Notes: generated by a model from the letters alone, not told the origin. 63,462 nucleotides of DNA, filler included, from an uncultured bacterium (GCA_964371695.1; 10 parts of 10 records of this genome joined end to end with filler, not necessarily neighbours in it), one strand, 5' to 3'; positions 20,805 to 32,391 are shown, counted from the first letter of the whole stretch. Made by a program: numbers and translations.

Positions 20805-22349
20805 ATGATGCTGGTGCGTCTGCGTCGGGTGTCGGTTTTTGTGTGCTGGCTGTTGGCCTGGCCATGGCTCATGGCCAAGGTCAACGGCTGGTTTGCCGCC
20901 GTGTTGTTGTTTGGGGCGGTGGGCCTTTGGCTGGTTTTGAAGGGGCTGAACCGCTGGTTTGAAGGGCCTTTGTCCGCCCACAGGCTGAAGCAGGAACTGG
21001 ACCAGAATCCCTGGCCCGTGTTGGTGTGGCTGTTGCCGTTTATGGCGGTGGGGCTGCTGTGGTTGTGGCACGAGGCCCTCACGGTGTGGGTGCTGTCCAA
21101 AGCGTTGCCCGCAGGGCTTTTGATGCTCCTGCCGGTGGGGTGGGGATTGAGTGTTTTGTTGCAGAAAACGTCGCGCCGATTTTTTGTTTTCTGGGGTTTG
21201 GGAGGAATTGCCGCGTTGTTGTTGCGGTTGCTGGCTGGCCCGGCGGGGGCGCGGGGTCTGGACCTGGAGCCGGTGCTGATGGGGGTCTGGGGCCTGTTGT
21301 GGATTCTGCCGATGCTGGCGAAAAAAATGAACGCGCCTCGCTGGTTGATTTTGCTGGCCTGGGTGAACGTGGCGTTTCACGTGGAACTGCTGGAGTTTTA
21401 TGTGTTGCCTTTCAGCTCCCAGGTGGGGCGTGTGATGGCGCAAAACGGCGTGATGTTGTTGCGGCATGACCCGTTCATGGATTTCCGCTGGAGCCAGCAG
21501 GGGTGCGCGGATGGGGACTGGTGGCTGGGCAGCCGCGTGTTCAGCCGGGCGACTCGAAACACGCTGCATCATGTACGCGGAAAAGAGCGCCGCCTTTTCA
21601 AAATTGGCTACGCCACCACCGACAACGGCGTGGTGGACTGCAATCTGAAAGTGGTGGTGACCGGCGACAACGGCCCCGGCGGCAAGTTGCATGTGCTTTC
21701 GGCCATCAGCGGCAAGGTGCTTTCCACCACGCCCCACAGCGGCCCGGCGCAGGCGCTGAGCATGGGTTTCTCCGGCCTGTCGCTGCTGGCCTCACGGGGC
21801 TGGGTGGCGGCGGGCAAGGACCTGGCTCACGCGCTGGTGTGGGTGAACCTGCGTTATCCCGGTCGCCCGGTGGCGCGGTTTTTTCCCGAACACGCCACCA
21901 TGCAGGTGTTCTGCCAAAGAGCACTCACGCCCTGCCTGTTCAGCACCGCCACCGGGTGGCTGCACAAACGGTGGGGCGATGCGCTGGAACACCACGCCGC
22001 CACGCCCCTTGGCCGTCGCACACTGGGGCCGGACCTTGCGCTGGACGAAGACCAGGGCCGGGTTTATGTCGCGGGCCTTACCGGCTGGGTGCAGGTGCGG
22101 CGCAGCAAAAACCTGGCGCTGATCAGAACCCTGCGTTTGCCCGTGGGGGTGCGTTATATGGTCTATTGGCCAGCAAGAAAAGAAGTGTGGGGGGCCAATT
22201 TTCTGGATGGCTGGTTGTACGCCTTTTCAGAAAACAAATCTCCCCGCCGTGTGCTGTTTGCAGGCCGCCGGGTGCGCTGGCTGAATCTGACACGGGATGG
22301 CCGGGGCCTGACATGGTGCGCCGCCTCGGCGTGTTATGTCTTTCGATAG
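20805..22349 (+). CDS. Multi-TM membrane protein with C-terminal beta-propeller-like domain
   Basis: Shares RGLDL, DNGVVxC, GFSG, EHAT, TPC, HKRWG, TLGPDxALDE with its divergent neighbour. Confidence 0.75.
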   Translation: MMLVRLRRVSVFVCWLLAWPWLMAKVNGWFAAVLLFGAVGLWLVLKGLNRWFEGPLSAHRLKQELDQNPWPVLVWLLPFMAVGLLWLWHEALTVWVLSKALPAGLLMLLPVGWGLSVLLQKTSRRFFVFWGLGGIAALLLRLLAGPAGARGLDLEPVLMGVWGLLWILPMLAKKMNAPRWLILLAWVNVAFHVELLEFYVLPFSSQVGRVMAQNGVMLLRHDPFMDFRWSQQGCADGDWWLGSRVFSRATRNTLHHVRGKERRLFKIGYATTDNGVVDCNLKVVVTGDNGPGGKLHVLSAISGKVLSTTPHSGPAQALSMGFSGLSLLASRGWVAAGKDLAHALVWVNLRYPGRPVARFFPEHATMQVFCQRALTPCLFSTATGWLHKRWGDALEHHAATPLGRRTLGPDLALDEDQGRVYVAGLTGWVQVRRSKNLALIRTLRLPVGVRYMVYWPARKEVWGANFLDGWLYAFSENKSPRRVLFAGRRVRWLNLTRDGRGLTWCAASACYVFR

Positions 22350-22356
22350 AAGTGGG

Positions 22357-23511
22357 TCAATACAATCCCTTCACCTCGGCCACGCCGCAGCCGGTGGACA
22401 CCAGAAAACCGTCGTCGCCAAAGGGCTGCACGCCGCGGGCCAGTTTGCCCACAGCCTGTTTGAACAATGGGCGCAGGGTGGTGCGGTCCCACGCCTGAAA
22501 AGTGCCTTCAAAATAATTCACTGCGCCAATGGCCCCCTCGGTGACCGCCAGACGTCGTGTGCCCAGGCCGGTTTTGAAGTAATCCACCGGTTTGAGAGAA
22601 ACCGCGTCCAGCCGGGCGATGCGTTTTTGCAGCGGCATGGCTGCCAGCAGTTCGTTTCTTTCGGGCAGAAACAACAGCCCCATCACCGGCCCGCCGGTGG
22701 CAACAAAACGCCGTTTGCCTGTTTTGAGGTGGATGGCCTCGAGGCCGCCGGGGGGGTTCCAGTTGCCGGTCACCATTTCGCCGGTGCTGGGCAGCACGGC
22801 CAGTGAATAGGGCGCTTTCATGCGGTCAGAAAGTCCCCACATGCGTTCGATGCGCGGCGGCCATCCGGCCAGTTGGGCGATTTTGTGGTCGCCCTCGCAC
22901 AGGGCCAGCACCTTGTCGCCAAAGGGTTGCAGTTCGATGGGCCAGCGGCACAGCGGCAGCCGCCACACGCGCCCATCTTCCAGGCTCAGCAACTGGTGCG
23001 CGCCCCAGTCGGCGGCCAGCAGGCGGCCTTCGCCCACGTTCAGCAGAGACTGCACCGCCGTGGCTTTGGCCAGCGGAAAAAACCGGCTCTCGCGCCGCGC
23101 CAGCAGGCCGCTCTGGCCATAAAAAAAACGCCGCCCCATCACCAGGGTGTTCCCGCCGGTCACCAGGGCGTCATAGGTGGCCCCGGTGCGGTCGAGCCAG
23201 CGCAGGTGCGCCGAATCACGGGGGCAGCCTAAATCCCGCGAAAGAAAATAAGGGCTGGCCCCAAACAACGGGCCGGTGAGGGCGGCAGCCCATGCCATGC
23301 GGTGCAGCCGTTTTCCCTTAGGGTTTAACCTCCCCACCAAAACAAGCAACAACAGCCACAAAAGGGCCGCCTTGAGGTAAAACATTGCGCCGAAGCAGGC
23401 CAGTCCCAGCCCCCCCAGCCCCAGCAGCCGCACCAGTGCCCGCAGCAGCAGCGGCCCCAGGCGTTTCGGGTTTTGTGGCGCGCCCGTTTGATCAGAAGCA
23501 GCGCCGGGCAT
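22357..23511 (-). CDS. Membrane-anchored beta-propeller-like hypothetical protein
   Basis: N-terminal TMs, then YncE-like repeats (APYSLAVLP, LPERNELLA, GLGTRRLAV). Confidence 0.6.
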   Translation of the reverse strand: MPGAASDQTGAPQNPKRLGPLLLRALVRLLGLGGLGLACFGAMFYLKAALLWLLLLVLVGRLNPKGKRLHRMAWAAALTGPLFGASPYFLSRDLGCPRDSAHLRWLDRTGATYDALVTGGNTLVMGRRFFYGQSGLLARRESRFFPLAKATAVQSLLNVGEGRLLAADWGAHQLLSLEDGRVWRLPLCRWPIELQPFGDKVLALCEGDHKIAQLAGWPPRIERMWGLSDRMKAPYSLAVLPSTGEMVTGNWNPPGGLEAIHLKTGKRRFVATGGPVMGLLFLPERNELLAAMPLQKRIARLDAVSLKPVDYFKTGLGTRRLAVTEGAIGAVNYFEGTFQAWDRTTLRPLFKQAVGKLARGVQPFGDDGFLVSTGCGVAEVKGLY

Positions 23512-23518
23512 GACCGCC

Positions 23519-24946
23519 TCAGGCCAGTCCCTGGGCGGTCAGCATTTTTTCGATGGCCTGTGACACGGCCTTGTCGTGTCCGTGGGTGGAGGTGAACACC
23601 CGGCAGTGAATCACCTTGGCGGGCACATATTCGTAATAACGGTGAATCGGCTCGCTGTCGGTTTTTCCGGTGCCGGGGGTATACACCAGAATCCGTTTTT
23701 CGCCCTCTTCGATGGGGTTCATGGGGCGGGGATCCTGTATGGCGAAATCCACGCGCAGCGGCAGGTTTTGCAGCGGCGCGGGCAAATGCCGCCGCAGGTT
23801 TTCTTCAAAGCCCTTGGGGTTGCGATAAAGCGCCAGCACCTTGTTGTCCGGCTCGCGCAGACTGAAGGTTTCTTCGTGGGCCATTTTGTAACGCACATGG
23901 CGGCCCAGGATGTCCGCCCACACCAGCCCCAGGCGGTGCTTGGCCGGGTCGTTGCTATGGTGCCAGTCTCGCACGTTTTCCAGCAGAAAGGCGTCGGTGA
24001 GGCACAGGTAGTTTTCGATGGGGTCCACGGGATTGTGGGGGTGAAGGATTTTCACCGTCTCCTCAAACACGTCGGCCAGCATCAGGTCTATGGCCCGCAC
24101 CGTGCGGTGAAAATAGACGTTGGCGTAAAGGTAAAGCTTCATGTTGATGAAGCGCATGAGGGCTGAGACGCCGGGCCTGTTCAGCGTCAGCCCCTTGGCC
24201 GAGACAAAGGTGTGGTGCAGCAGACGGGTGGTGTCCAGCGGGTCGGCGCTCACGCCGGTCATATAGGCGTCGCGCATCACATAGTCCAGATTGTCGGGCG
24301 TGTAAATGCCCTGAAAAACGGGGGCCAGCACCGTGAGCCAGCGGGGCGCTCTGGCCAGGGCCTTTTTTTTGCGTTTGTTGATGAGCCACGCCACGTGCTG
24401 GGGGTTCACCCGTTCGTCGGCGTGAAAAGGACCAGAGGGCGACCGCCGCAGGGCCAGGATTTTTTCGGCCATGGGGCCGGTGATGATGCGCTGGCCCACC
24501 AGTTCGTGGTTCAGGCCAAAGGCTTCCAGATAATGCTCGTCAAAAAAGTGAGAGAACGGCCCGTGGCCCACGTCGTGCAGCAGGCCGGCCACCCGCAGGG
24601 TTTCTTCCACCAGCGGAAAACTGGGGGCGCCCCGCACGTGTTGTTTGAGGCCGGGATAAAGCCGCCGGGCAAAGGCGCTCGCCATGTGCATGGCCCCCAG
24701 CACATGCTGAAAACGGCTGTGCTCGGCGCTGGGATAAACCCACTTCGCGCTCTGCAACTGCCCCACGCCCCGCAACCGCTGCACCCAGGGCGTGTCCATC
24801 AGTTCCCGCTCGGTGGTTTCGCCCCGGGTTTTGGGAATGGTGAAGGGGATGTATTTGTAGAGCGGATCGGCCACCAGGGCCAGGCCCTTTTCGGGCGGGC
24901 CGCTGGACCCCAGGGCAAAGTGTTGCTCCATCACGCCGTGACGCAT
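23519..24946 (-). CDS. HD-domain phosphohydrolase (dNTP triphosphohydrolase-like)
   Basis: QRLRGVGQL, EHSRFQHVLG, LLHDVGHGPFSH, DNLDYVMRD, VYFHRTVR. Confidence 0.9.
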   Translation of the reverse strand: MRHGVMEQHFALGSSGPPEKGLALVADPLYKYIPFTIPKTRGETTERELMDTPWVQRLRGVGQLQSAKWVYPSAEHSRFQHVLGAMHMASAFARRLYPGLKQHVRGAPSFPLVEETLRVAGLLHDVGHGPFSHFFDEHYLEAFGLNHELVGQRIITGPMAEKILALRRSPSGPFHADERVNPQHVAWLINKRKKKALARAPRWLTVLAPVFQGIYTPDNLDYVMRDAYMTGVSADPLDTTRLLHHTFVSAKGLTLNRPGVSALMRFINMKLYLYANVYFHRTVRAIDLMLADVFEETVKILHPHNPVDPIENYLCLTDAFLLENVRDWHHSNDPAKHRLGLVWADILGRHVRYKMAHEETFSLREPDNKVLALYRNPKGFEENLRRHLPAPLQNLPLRVDFAIQDPRPMNPIEEGEKRILVYTPGTGKTDSEPIHRYYEYVPAKVIHCRVFTSTHGHDKAVSQAIEKMLTAQGLA

Positions 24947-25041
24947 GGGGGAATTATGGCCGAGGCTGGGGTTTGGGGATTGGGTTTCACTGTCGCATAA
25001 CGACTTGCGCGGAGAAAAAGCAACCGTCATACTCCCCCCTC

Positions 25042-25745
25042 GTGGGCGATCAAATATTCAAGCGCGTCATCGTGCTGGACACCAATGTTCTGTTGCACGA
25101 TCCCGGGTGTTTTGACCAGTTTGAGGAAGACTTGGTGGTTCTTCCGGTAGAGGTCATTGAGGAAATAGACGAGTTCAAGCGCCGCGAAGACGAAGTGGGC
25201 CGCCACGCCCGCATGGTGGCGCGCCTGCTCGACGAAATCCGCGAAAAGGGTTCCCTCACGCAGGGGGTCAAGCGCAACGGCGGGCCGGTGATTCGTGTGG
25301 AACTGGAGCAGGAGGACCTCTCCACCCTGCCCACCGGTTTTCGTCAGGACAAAATGGACAACCGCATTCTGGCCACCGCGCTTTATCTTGTGAAGCAGTA
25401 TCAGGGCAAGCAGGTGGTGTTTGTTTCCAAGGACATCAATCTGCGCATCAAGGGCAACGCCATCGGCATCGAGACGATGGACTACGACGTCAAGGCCCCC
25501 TCGCTGGACGAACTGTATACCGGCGTGCGGGTGATTGAGGCGGGCACAGAGGACATCTTCAATTTTTACAAAGAGGGCGGCCTGCCAGAGATGGGGGCCG
25601 AGCTTTTCCCCAACCAGTTTGTGGTGATTCAGGACCGGGAAAACGCCAGCCGTCAGGCGTTGGGCATGCGCGACGGTCTCGAAAACCGCATCCGGCCCCT
25701 GCGCATGCACGAGAAAAACGTGAGCGGCATTGGCCCCCGCAACAA
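25042..25745 (+). CDS. PIN-PhoH (PhoH2/YlaK-like) protein, truncated
   Basis: VLDTNVLLHDP, DNRIL, VSKDINLRIKG, GIGPRN. Confidence 0.9.
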
Positions 25746-25845
25746 NNNNNNNNNNNNNNNNNNNNNNNNNNNNNNNNNNNNNNNNNNNNTTAATTAATTA
25801 ANNNNNNNNNNNNNNNNNNNNNNNNNNNNNNNNNNNNNNNNNNNN

Positions 25846-26664
25846 TCTTACACCACCCTGGCCGAAGGTCTGCTGGTGGAGGGGAAAACCGCTCAGGTGG
25901 TGCGGGGGGAACTCTCTGCCTTTCTGGCCCGTTACATCAAAAACCCGTCGGTGACGGTGGAGCGCCAGGCCCTGATGCCGGCGGATGTCACAGAGCTGAT
26001 GGCGGGTGAAATTCCTGATTCGGTAGGGATTTTTGGCGATTTTGGCGACAAGGGGGGCTTGGCCACCAAGGTGACCCCCTGGCGCAAGGGCATGAAGGTG
26101 CTGGACCTGATTCTTGCCCTGGGCGCCACCACGTCCAACGCCAACTGGGCCAAGGCCCGTCTGATCCGCAAAAACACCCTTCAGGTGCTGAACCTGCAAG
26201 AGCTGATGTCAGGTGAGTCGCTGGACAATAACCGCACACTCAAGCCGGGAGACAAGCTGTATGTGCCCGCAGTTCGGCCCCGCCAGAGTCTCAAGGCCAT
26301 GGCCATGGGGTCGGTCAATCGCCAGGGGGCTTTTACGCTCGAAGAAGGCGCACGGGTGCTGGACCTGCTTTTGGCCGCCGGGGGCAGCACGGGCAGGGCT
26401 GCGGTGTCCAAAACCTTTTTGCTGCGGGTGGTGGGGGGCAAACCCAAAGTGCTGCCCGTGGACATCAAGCGCATCACCAAACTGGGCGACCTGACCCAGA
26501 ATATCCCCTTGCACGAAGGCGACGTTCTTTTTATTCCTGAAACAGGGCGGGCCAACGTGAAGGAAATCATCAACGCTCTGGTGGACATCAGCATTTTGCG
26601 CAACCGCGCCAGCGACGTGGCGGGGGACATTCAGAAAGTGTTGGGAGAGGTGGGCAACCAGTGA
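25846..26664 (+). CDS. SLBB-domain polysaccharide export (Wza-like) protein, 5' truncated
   Basis: YIKNPSVTV, GSVNRQG, LLLAAGG, LKPGD/LHEGDVLFIP. Confidence 0.8.
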   Translation, partial: SYTTLAEGLLVEGKTAQVVRGELSAFLARYIKNPSVTVERQALMPADVTELMAGEIPDSVGIFGDFGDKGGLATKVTPWRKGMKVLDLILALGATTSNANWAKARLIRKNTLQVLNLQELMSGESLDNNRTLKPGDKLYVPAVRPRQSLKAMAMGSVNRQGAFTLEEGARVLDLLLAAGGSTGRAAVSKTFLLRVVGGKPKVLPVDIKRITKLGDLTQNIPLHEGDVLFIPETGRANVKEIINALVDISILRNRASDVAGDIQKVLGEVGNQ

Positions 26665-27077
26665 GTTCCCCCGATAACACCGTTTCCATGAAGCGCCCTC
26701 CGCCGCCCCGGCAGGGTCACCCCAAAGGCATGTTGATCACGGTGATGGGGCTGGCACTGGGGCTGTTGTTTGTGGTGGGCAGCATCAAGGAAATGGTGAA
26801 GCTGCGCCATGTGCGGCAGGACCTGTACGAAGCCCGTCAGGAAGAAGCCCGCCTCACGCGCATCAAAAAGAATCTCAAGGCCCGCGAGCGGGATTTGCAC
26901 GACCCGGCGGTGATTGAAGAAGAAGCCCGCAAGCTGGGCATGGTGCGGCGCGACGAAGTGCCCAACCAGATCAGCAAACCCTCTGCCGCCAAAACGCCCC
27001 CCAAACCTCAGGCCAAATCCGCCAAAAAGGAAAAACCCAAAACCCTGTGGCAGCGTGTGCTGGACTGGTTCAAGTAA
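26661..27077 (+). CDS. FtsB/DivIC-like septum formation initiator
   Basis: TM + coiled coil + DPAVIEEEARKLGMVRRDE. Confidence 0.75.
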   Translation: MSSPDNTVSMKRPPPPRQGHPKGMLITVMGLALGLLFVVGSIKEMVKLRHVRQDLYEARQEEARLTRIKKNLKARERDLHDPAVIEEEARKLGMVRRDEVPNQISKPSAAKTPPKPQAKSAKKEKPKTLWQRVLDWFK

Positions 27078-27266
27078 ACGGGGGGGGGTCTGCCTGAGGC
27101 AGAAAATTCTCTTTTCCTCTTGGCAACCCCCTGTCTTCTGCCGATAACCTGGGCATGGAGACAGGAACCATGCATAGGATGTGGTTGGGGGGAATTCAGG
27201 ACGACGCTCAGAAATTGACACCCGGTTTGGCGCGGCGCGTCCTGGGCACTATGATGGAGGCTGACA

Positions 27267-29738
27267 ATGTGGGATAGATTCACAGAAAAAGCCCGCAAGG
27301 CCATCGTGGCTGCCCAAAAGAAGGCCATGAAGTATCACAACGACACGGTGGACACCGAACACCTGTTGCTGGGTCTGATTGAAGAGAAAGAGTCCTGGGC
27401 CAGCCGTATTCTGGCGCAGCAGAGCGTGAACCTGCTGGACGTGCAGCGCAACCTGGAGCGCATCATCACGCCCCCCAACTACAAACCCCGCCTCAGCGAA
27501 AAATCCGCCAAGGAACTGGCTTTTTCGCAGGCCAGCAAAAAGGTGCTGGAACACGCCTTTGAAGAAGCCCGCCTGCTGGGGCAGAACTACATCGGCACCG
27601 AGCACATTTTGCTGGGCATCATCAAAGAGTCCACCGGCTACGCCGCCCAGGTGCTGAAAGACCGCGACGTGAGCCTGGACAAAACCCGCATCGCCATCAT
27701 CCAGATGCAGTCGGCCAACCAGGGTTCCCAGCCGGTGGCGGCCAAGCAGAAAAAATCCACCACGCCCTATCTCAACGAATTTGGCCGCGACCTCACCGAA
27801 ATGGCCAGGGGCGGCAAGCTGGACCCGGTGATTGGCCGCGAGAACGAAATCGAGCGGGTGATCCAGATTCTCGCCAAACGCACCAAAAACAACCCGGTGC
27901 TGATTGGCGACCCCGGCGTGGGCAAAACCGCCATTGTCGAGGGCCTGGCCCGGCGCATCATCAACGCCGACGTGCCAGAGGTGCTGCGGGACAAACGGGT
28001 GATTTCACTGGACCTCGCCAGCATCGTGGCGGGCACCAAGTTCCGGGGCGAGTTCGAGGAGCGCCTCACGCGCATTCTCAAAGAAATTCAGGGCCAGTCG
28101 GGCCAGATCGTGCTGTTCATCGACGAACTGCACACGGTGATTGGCGCGGGCGCCGCCGAGGGAGCCATCGACGCCAGCAACATCCTCAAGCCTTCGCTGG
28201 CGCGGGGCGAGTTGCAGTGCATCGGGGCCACCACGCTGGACGAATACAAAAAACACGTCGAGCGCCACGCCGCACTGGAGCGGCGGTTTCAGCCCGTGGT
28301 GGTGAGCGAGCCATCCATTGAAGAAACCCAACTCATCCTCATGGGGCTGAAAGACAAATACGAGGACTTCCACAAGGTCATCATTGACGACAGCGCCATC
28401 GAGGCCAGCAGCCTCATGGCCAAGCGTTACATCAGCGACCGCTACCTGCCCGACAAGGCCATAGACCTGATGGACGAAGCCGCCAGCCGGGTGAAGATTC
28501 TCGCCAGCGTACACGCCGCACAGGCCCTGGAAGAAGAAGAGGAACAGGCGACCCCGGTGGCTTCGGGCGTGACCGAATCGCGCTCGGCCCTGACAGGCAG
28601 CCCGGTGGACGAAGGTTTTGCCCCGCCCCGCGAGCAGCCCTTCAACTGGGAGGCCGCGCCGCCGCCGCCCGCCGCAGAAACAGAGTTGCCCCGCGTGACC
28701 GACGAAGACGTCGCCCACATTGTCACCATGTGGACAGGCATTCCCGTGGCCCGCCTGAAGGTGGACGAAAGCGAACGCCTCGCCCGCATGGAGCAGGACC
28801 TGACCAAATGGGTGGTGGGTCAGGAGGAAGCCATCAAGGTGGTGTCCAAGGCCATCCGCCGCCAGCGGGTTGGGCTGGGAGACCCCCGCCGCCCCACGGG
28901 CTGCTTCATGTTCCTGGGCCCCACCGGCGTGGGCAAAACCGAGCTGGCCAAAACCCTGGCGCGGTTTCTGTTCGGCAGCGAGGATCACCTCATACAACTG
29001 GACATGTCTGAATACATGGAGCGGTTGTCTTCAAGCCGTCTGGTGGGCAGCCCGCCGGGTTATGTGGGATATGATGAAGGCGGTCAACTCACCGAGGCCG
29101 TGCGCCGCAAGCCCTATTGCGTGCTGCTGCTCGATGAAATCGAAAAAGCCCATCCCGACGTACACAACATTTTGCTGCAAATCATGGAAGACGGTCGCAT
29201 GACCGACGGCAAGGGCCGCGTGGTGAGCTTCAAACACGCCGTGATCATTCTCACCAGCAACGTGGGCAGCAAAAACTTCACGCAGAAGTCCATCATGGGG
29301 TTCCGCACCGGCACCGTGGCGCAAGACCTGGAAAGCCGCTATGGCGACATCAAGAAAAACGTGGGTGAGGAACTCAAACGGGCCTTTACGCCAGAGTTCC
29401 TGGGGCGTCTGGATGAAGTGATTTTCTTTCACCCGCTTCAGCGCGCAGATGTGGAAAGCATCGTGGACCGGTTTATCGAACGGGTGCGCGAGACGGTGTT
29501 GCTGAAGGGTTACCGGCTAGATGTCACCGCCGCCATGAAGGAAAAAATCATCGCCGAGGGTTACAACATGGCCGAAGGCGCCCGCCCGCTCCGGCGTCTG
29601 GTGCAGAAGTGGATTGAAGACGAAGTGGCCGAGCGCCTGCTGATGAACACCCTTGGGGTGGGCGACACCATCACCGTGGACGTACCCGAAGAAAAACCCC
29701 GCGAAGTGGAAACCCCCGTGGGTTTCAGCAGCAACTGA
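27267..29738 (+). CDS. clpC: ATP-dependent Clp protease ATP-binding subunit (ClpC-type)
   Basis: Two Clp-N repeats, [46 protein letters not shown]. Confidence 0.93.
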   Translation: MWDRFTEKARKAIVAAQKKAMKYHNDTVDTEHLLLGLIEEKESWASRILAQQSVNLLDVQRNLERIITPPNYKPRLSEKSAKELAFSQASKKVLEHAFEEARLLGQNYIGTEHILLGIIKESTGYAAQVLKDRDVSLDKTRIAIIQMQSANQGSQPVAAKQKKSTTPYLNEFGRDLTEMARGGKLDPVIGRENEIERVIQILAKRTKNNPVLIGDPGVGKTAIVEGLARRIINADVPEVLRDKRVISLDLASIVAGTKFRGEFEERLTRILKEIQGQSGQIVLFIDELHTVIGAGAAEGAIDASNILKPSLARGELQCIGATTLDEYKKHVERHAALERRFQPVVVSEPSIEETQLILMGLKDKYEDFHKVIIDDSAIEASSLMAKRYISDRYLPDKAIDLMDEAASRVKILASVHAAQALEEEEEQATPVASGVTESRSALTGSPVDEGFAPPREQPFNWEAAPPPPAAETELPRVTDEDVAHIVTMWTGIPVARLKVDESERLARMEQDLTKWVVGQEEAIKVVSKAIRRQRVGLGDPRRPTGCFMFLGPTGVGKTELAKTLARFLFGSEDHLIQLDMSEYMERLSSSRLVGSPPGYVGYDEGGQLTEAVRRKPYCVLLLDEIEKAHPDVHNILLQIMEDGRMTDGKGRVVSFKHAVIILTSNVGSKNFTQKSIMGFRTGTVAQDLESRYGDIKKNVGEELKRAFTPEFLGRLDEVIFFHPLQRADVESIVDRFIERVRETVLLKGYRLDVTAAMKEKIIAEGYNMAEGARPLRRLVQKWIEDEVAERLLMNTLGVGDTITVDVPEEKPREVETPVGFSSN

Positions 29739-29768
29739 CACCTCTCGCTGGCCGGTGGTTTGTTGGGC

Positions 29769-32083
29769 TCAGTCCGGTTGTTTTTTGAGCGCGGGCAAAG
29801 ACACGCCCGCTGCCAGCAGGGCCACCAGCAGCCAGGCCGCCAGGGCCAGGGGGCCCAGCAGGCCCAGGCGGGTGGGGGCGTACCTGGCCCGCACCTGATG
29901 TGTGCCGCCGGGCAGGTCCAGCGAAAAAAAGTGTCCCAGCAACAGGGGCAGGCGGGCCGCCGCTTGCTCTTTGCCATCCACCCACACCCGCCAGCCCGGC
30001 CCCCAGCCAAAGGTGCTCATCAGGGCGCAGGGCCGTGGGGGGCACATCACCAGCAGGTCAAAGCCGTTTGGTCCGTTCCACTTGCCCGACACCTCACCCG
30101 CGCCATCCGGCCGCAGGCGGCGCACCAGTTCGGCGGGGGGCCGCTTGGCCAGTTCTGATTCCGCCGGGCGTTTGGCCAGTGTCCACAAACGGGGAANNNN
30201 NNNNNNCGGGGAAAGGCCCCTTCGTTGGCCAGCCATTTTCCGGCGGGGGGATGGGCGTTGGCCCCGGCAGCGGTGCGCCACACCCACTTTACACCCAGCA
30301 GGTCCAGGGCGGGGTCTTCCCAGGTTTTGAAATCCACGCCGTTGGTGGTGGCCGGGATGGGGGTGGTGAGCAGGTGGTTCAGCGCCCGGCGGTAACTTTC
30401 GGGGATCACAGGATCGAAGCCCTCTGGCGTGGGGTGTCCCAGACGCAAAAAGTCGTCCATGTTGGGGCGATCGGAAAGACCCGTGACGGTTTCCATGGCC
30501 GTGGTGGGGGCCTTGGTATAGTCAAAAGCCGCCGGGGGCGCGGTGTGGTTGAAGGGCAAAAACAGGGCGGCGGATTCTGCCATCAGCGCCACGAAAAAAG
30601 CCAGCCCCACCGGCTGACCAATCCGCACCAGCCACGCTGAGAGCAACAGACCGCCCCCCGCCGCCACGGCCCAGCGGGCGTTGAGGTGCAGCAATGTCCA
30701 CAGGCGGGGCAGGGGGTCCGCGCCACCGGCGGACTGGGGCATGGCGCTGGCAGCGCGCTTGAGCAACGCCATCAGGGGGCCATGGGGTTGTGTGCCCAGG
30801 CTCAGCGCCAGCACCACGCCGCCAATCAGCAGCAGCAGCCCCCCCAGGAGTCCCCACCACCTGCCGTGGGTGGGCCTCACCTGACCCATGGCCAGCCCCG
30901 CCCCCACCGCCAGCGCCAGTGTGGCGGGCAAAACAAACCGCGCCGGGCCTCTCAAAAAGGACAACCCCGGCGCAGCCTTGAGCAGCAGCGCATAAAGCGG
31001 CGTGCGTGTGCCCAGGCTCAGCGCCAGACAAAACGCCGCCAGTAGCAGCCAGGGCCAAGGGGCGCGGCCCGGCCCGGCCGCAGCCCGCAACCCCAGCGCC
31101 AGCGCCAGCCAGCCGCACAGCGAAAACGACACAAACATCTCCCAACTGTTGCCCCCCAGCAGGTGAATGTCCGCCGGTGCGGCTCCCAGGGCAAAAGGCG
31201 CGCCCAGGCTGAGCAGCGCCACGGGGGGCAGCGAGAGGGTTTCGGCATAGGCGGCCCCGGCGGCGGTGCGGGTGCTGAGGCGGGCGGCCTCCAGCACCGG
31301 AAACATCTGAAAGGCCATCAGCGCCCCTGCCAGCAGCAGGGCGATCAGCGAAAACTTCACCGCATCAGCCAGCCACACGCGGCTGCTCAGCAGGTCCATG
31401 ATCACCACCGCGCCCCAGAAAACACTGGCGTAAAAGGTGATCTGCGGGTGGCCCGCCAAAAAGCTCAGGGCTAGGCACGCCGCCCACAGCGCCAGGTGCC
31501 GGGGCTGGCGTTTTTCCAGCCAGATGTCCCAACACACCAGCAACCAGCCAATCCAGGCCCCGGCTTCGAAAAAGTTGATGTGACCGGCGTATTGATGTCC
31601 CGCCCAGAAACCCGCCACCAGCGCCGCCGCACCGCCAAAAGCCGCGCTCCAGAAGTCCGCGCCCCGGCGAAACAGAAACACCGACAACCCCGTGCTGAGC
31701 CAGGCCCCGTGAAAAAGCAGACTCGCCCCCAGTGAGAAATGGGTGGGCAGGGGCAGCAGCAGCCAGCGGGGAAAATAAAACAGGCTGCTCTGCAACTCGG
31801 CAAAAAAGGCCGTGCCTTGAAAAAGATATGGGTTCCACCAGGGAATCTGCCCCTTCAGGAACGACTGACGGGCGAATTCCTGATAGGGCCAGAAGGTGTG
31901 CAGCGTGTCGCCGCCCGCCCACATCTGCCCCGTGAACAGGGGCCAGTGCAAGGCGCACCACCAGGCGGCGTGCAGCAGAAAAAACCACAGGCCGGCAAAG
32001 CGTTGCCAATCAGGTTTTTCGCCGGGGCCGGGAGGGATTTTGCCTCTCTTTGCAGGCGCAGGCGATTTGGCGCGGGAGGCCAT
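29769..32083 (-). CDS. YfhO-like / GT-C integral membrane protein spanning the 10-N gap at 30197-30206
   Basis: GQIPWWNPYLFQG, LAGHPQ, LRGPARF; C-terminal PGWRVWVDG...LPGGTHQVRARYAP after the gap. Confidence 0.75.
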
Positions 32084-32191
32084 GGTTTCATNNNNNNNNN
32101 NNNNNNNNNNNNNNNNNNNNNNNNNNNNNNNNNNNTTAATTAATTAANNNNNNNNNNNNNNNNNNNNNNNNNNNNNNNNNNNNNNNNNNNN

Positions 32192-32391
32192 CCTTTGAGG
32201 CGCTTCACGCTGCCATCGGTGTTCACGCCCACCAGCAGCACGTCGCCCTGGGCGCGGGCGTCGCGCAGCACCCGCAGATGCCCCACGTGCAGAATGTCGA
32301 AACAGCCGTTGGTGAAAACAATTTTTTTGCCCGCCTTGCGCTGACGGGCCACCCAGGTTTCCAGTTCGTCTGCCTTGAGAATCACGCCCAT
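32192..32391 (-). CDS. rfaE2: D-glycero-beta-D-manno-heptose 1-phosphate adenylyltransferase (RfaE domain II), truncated
   Basis: [27 protein letters not shown]. Confidence 0.93.

Noticed and set aside
30197-30206. Apparent frameshift in the YfhO-like gene
   Set aside because: Coincides with a 10-N scaffold gap of uncertain true length.
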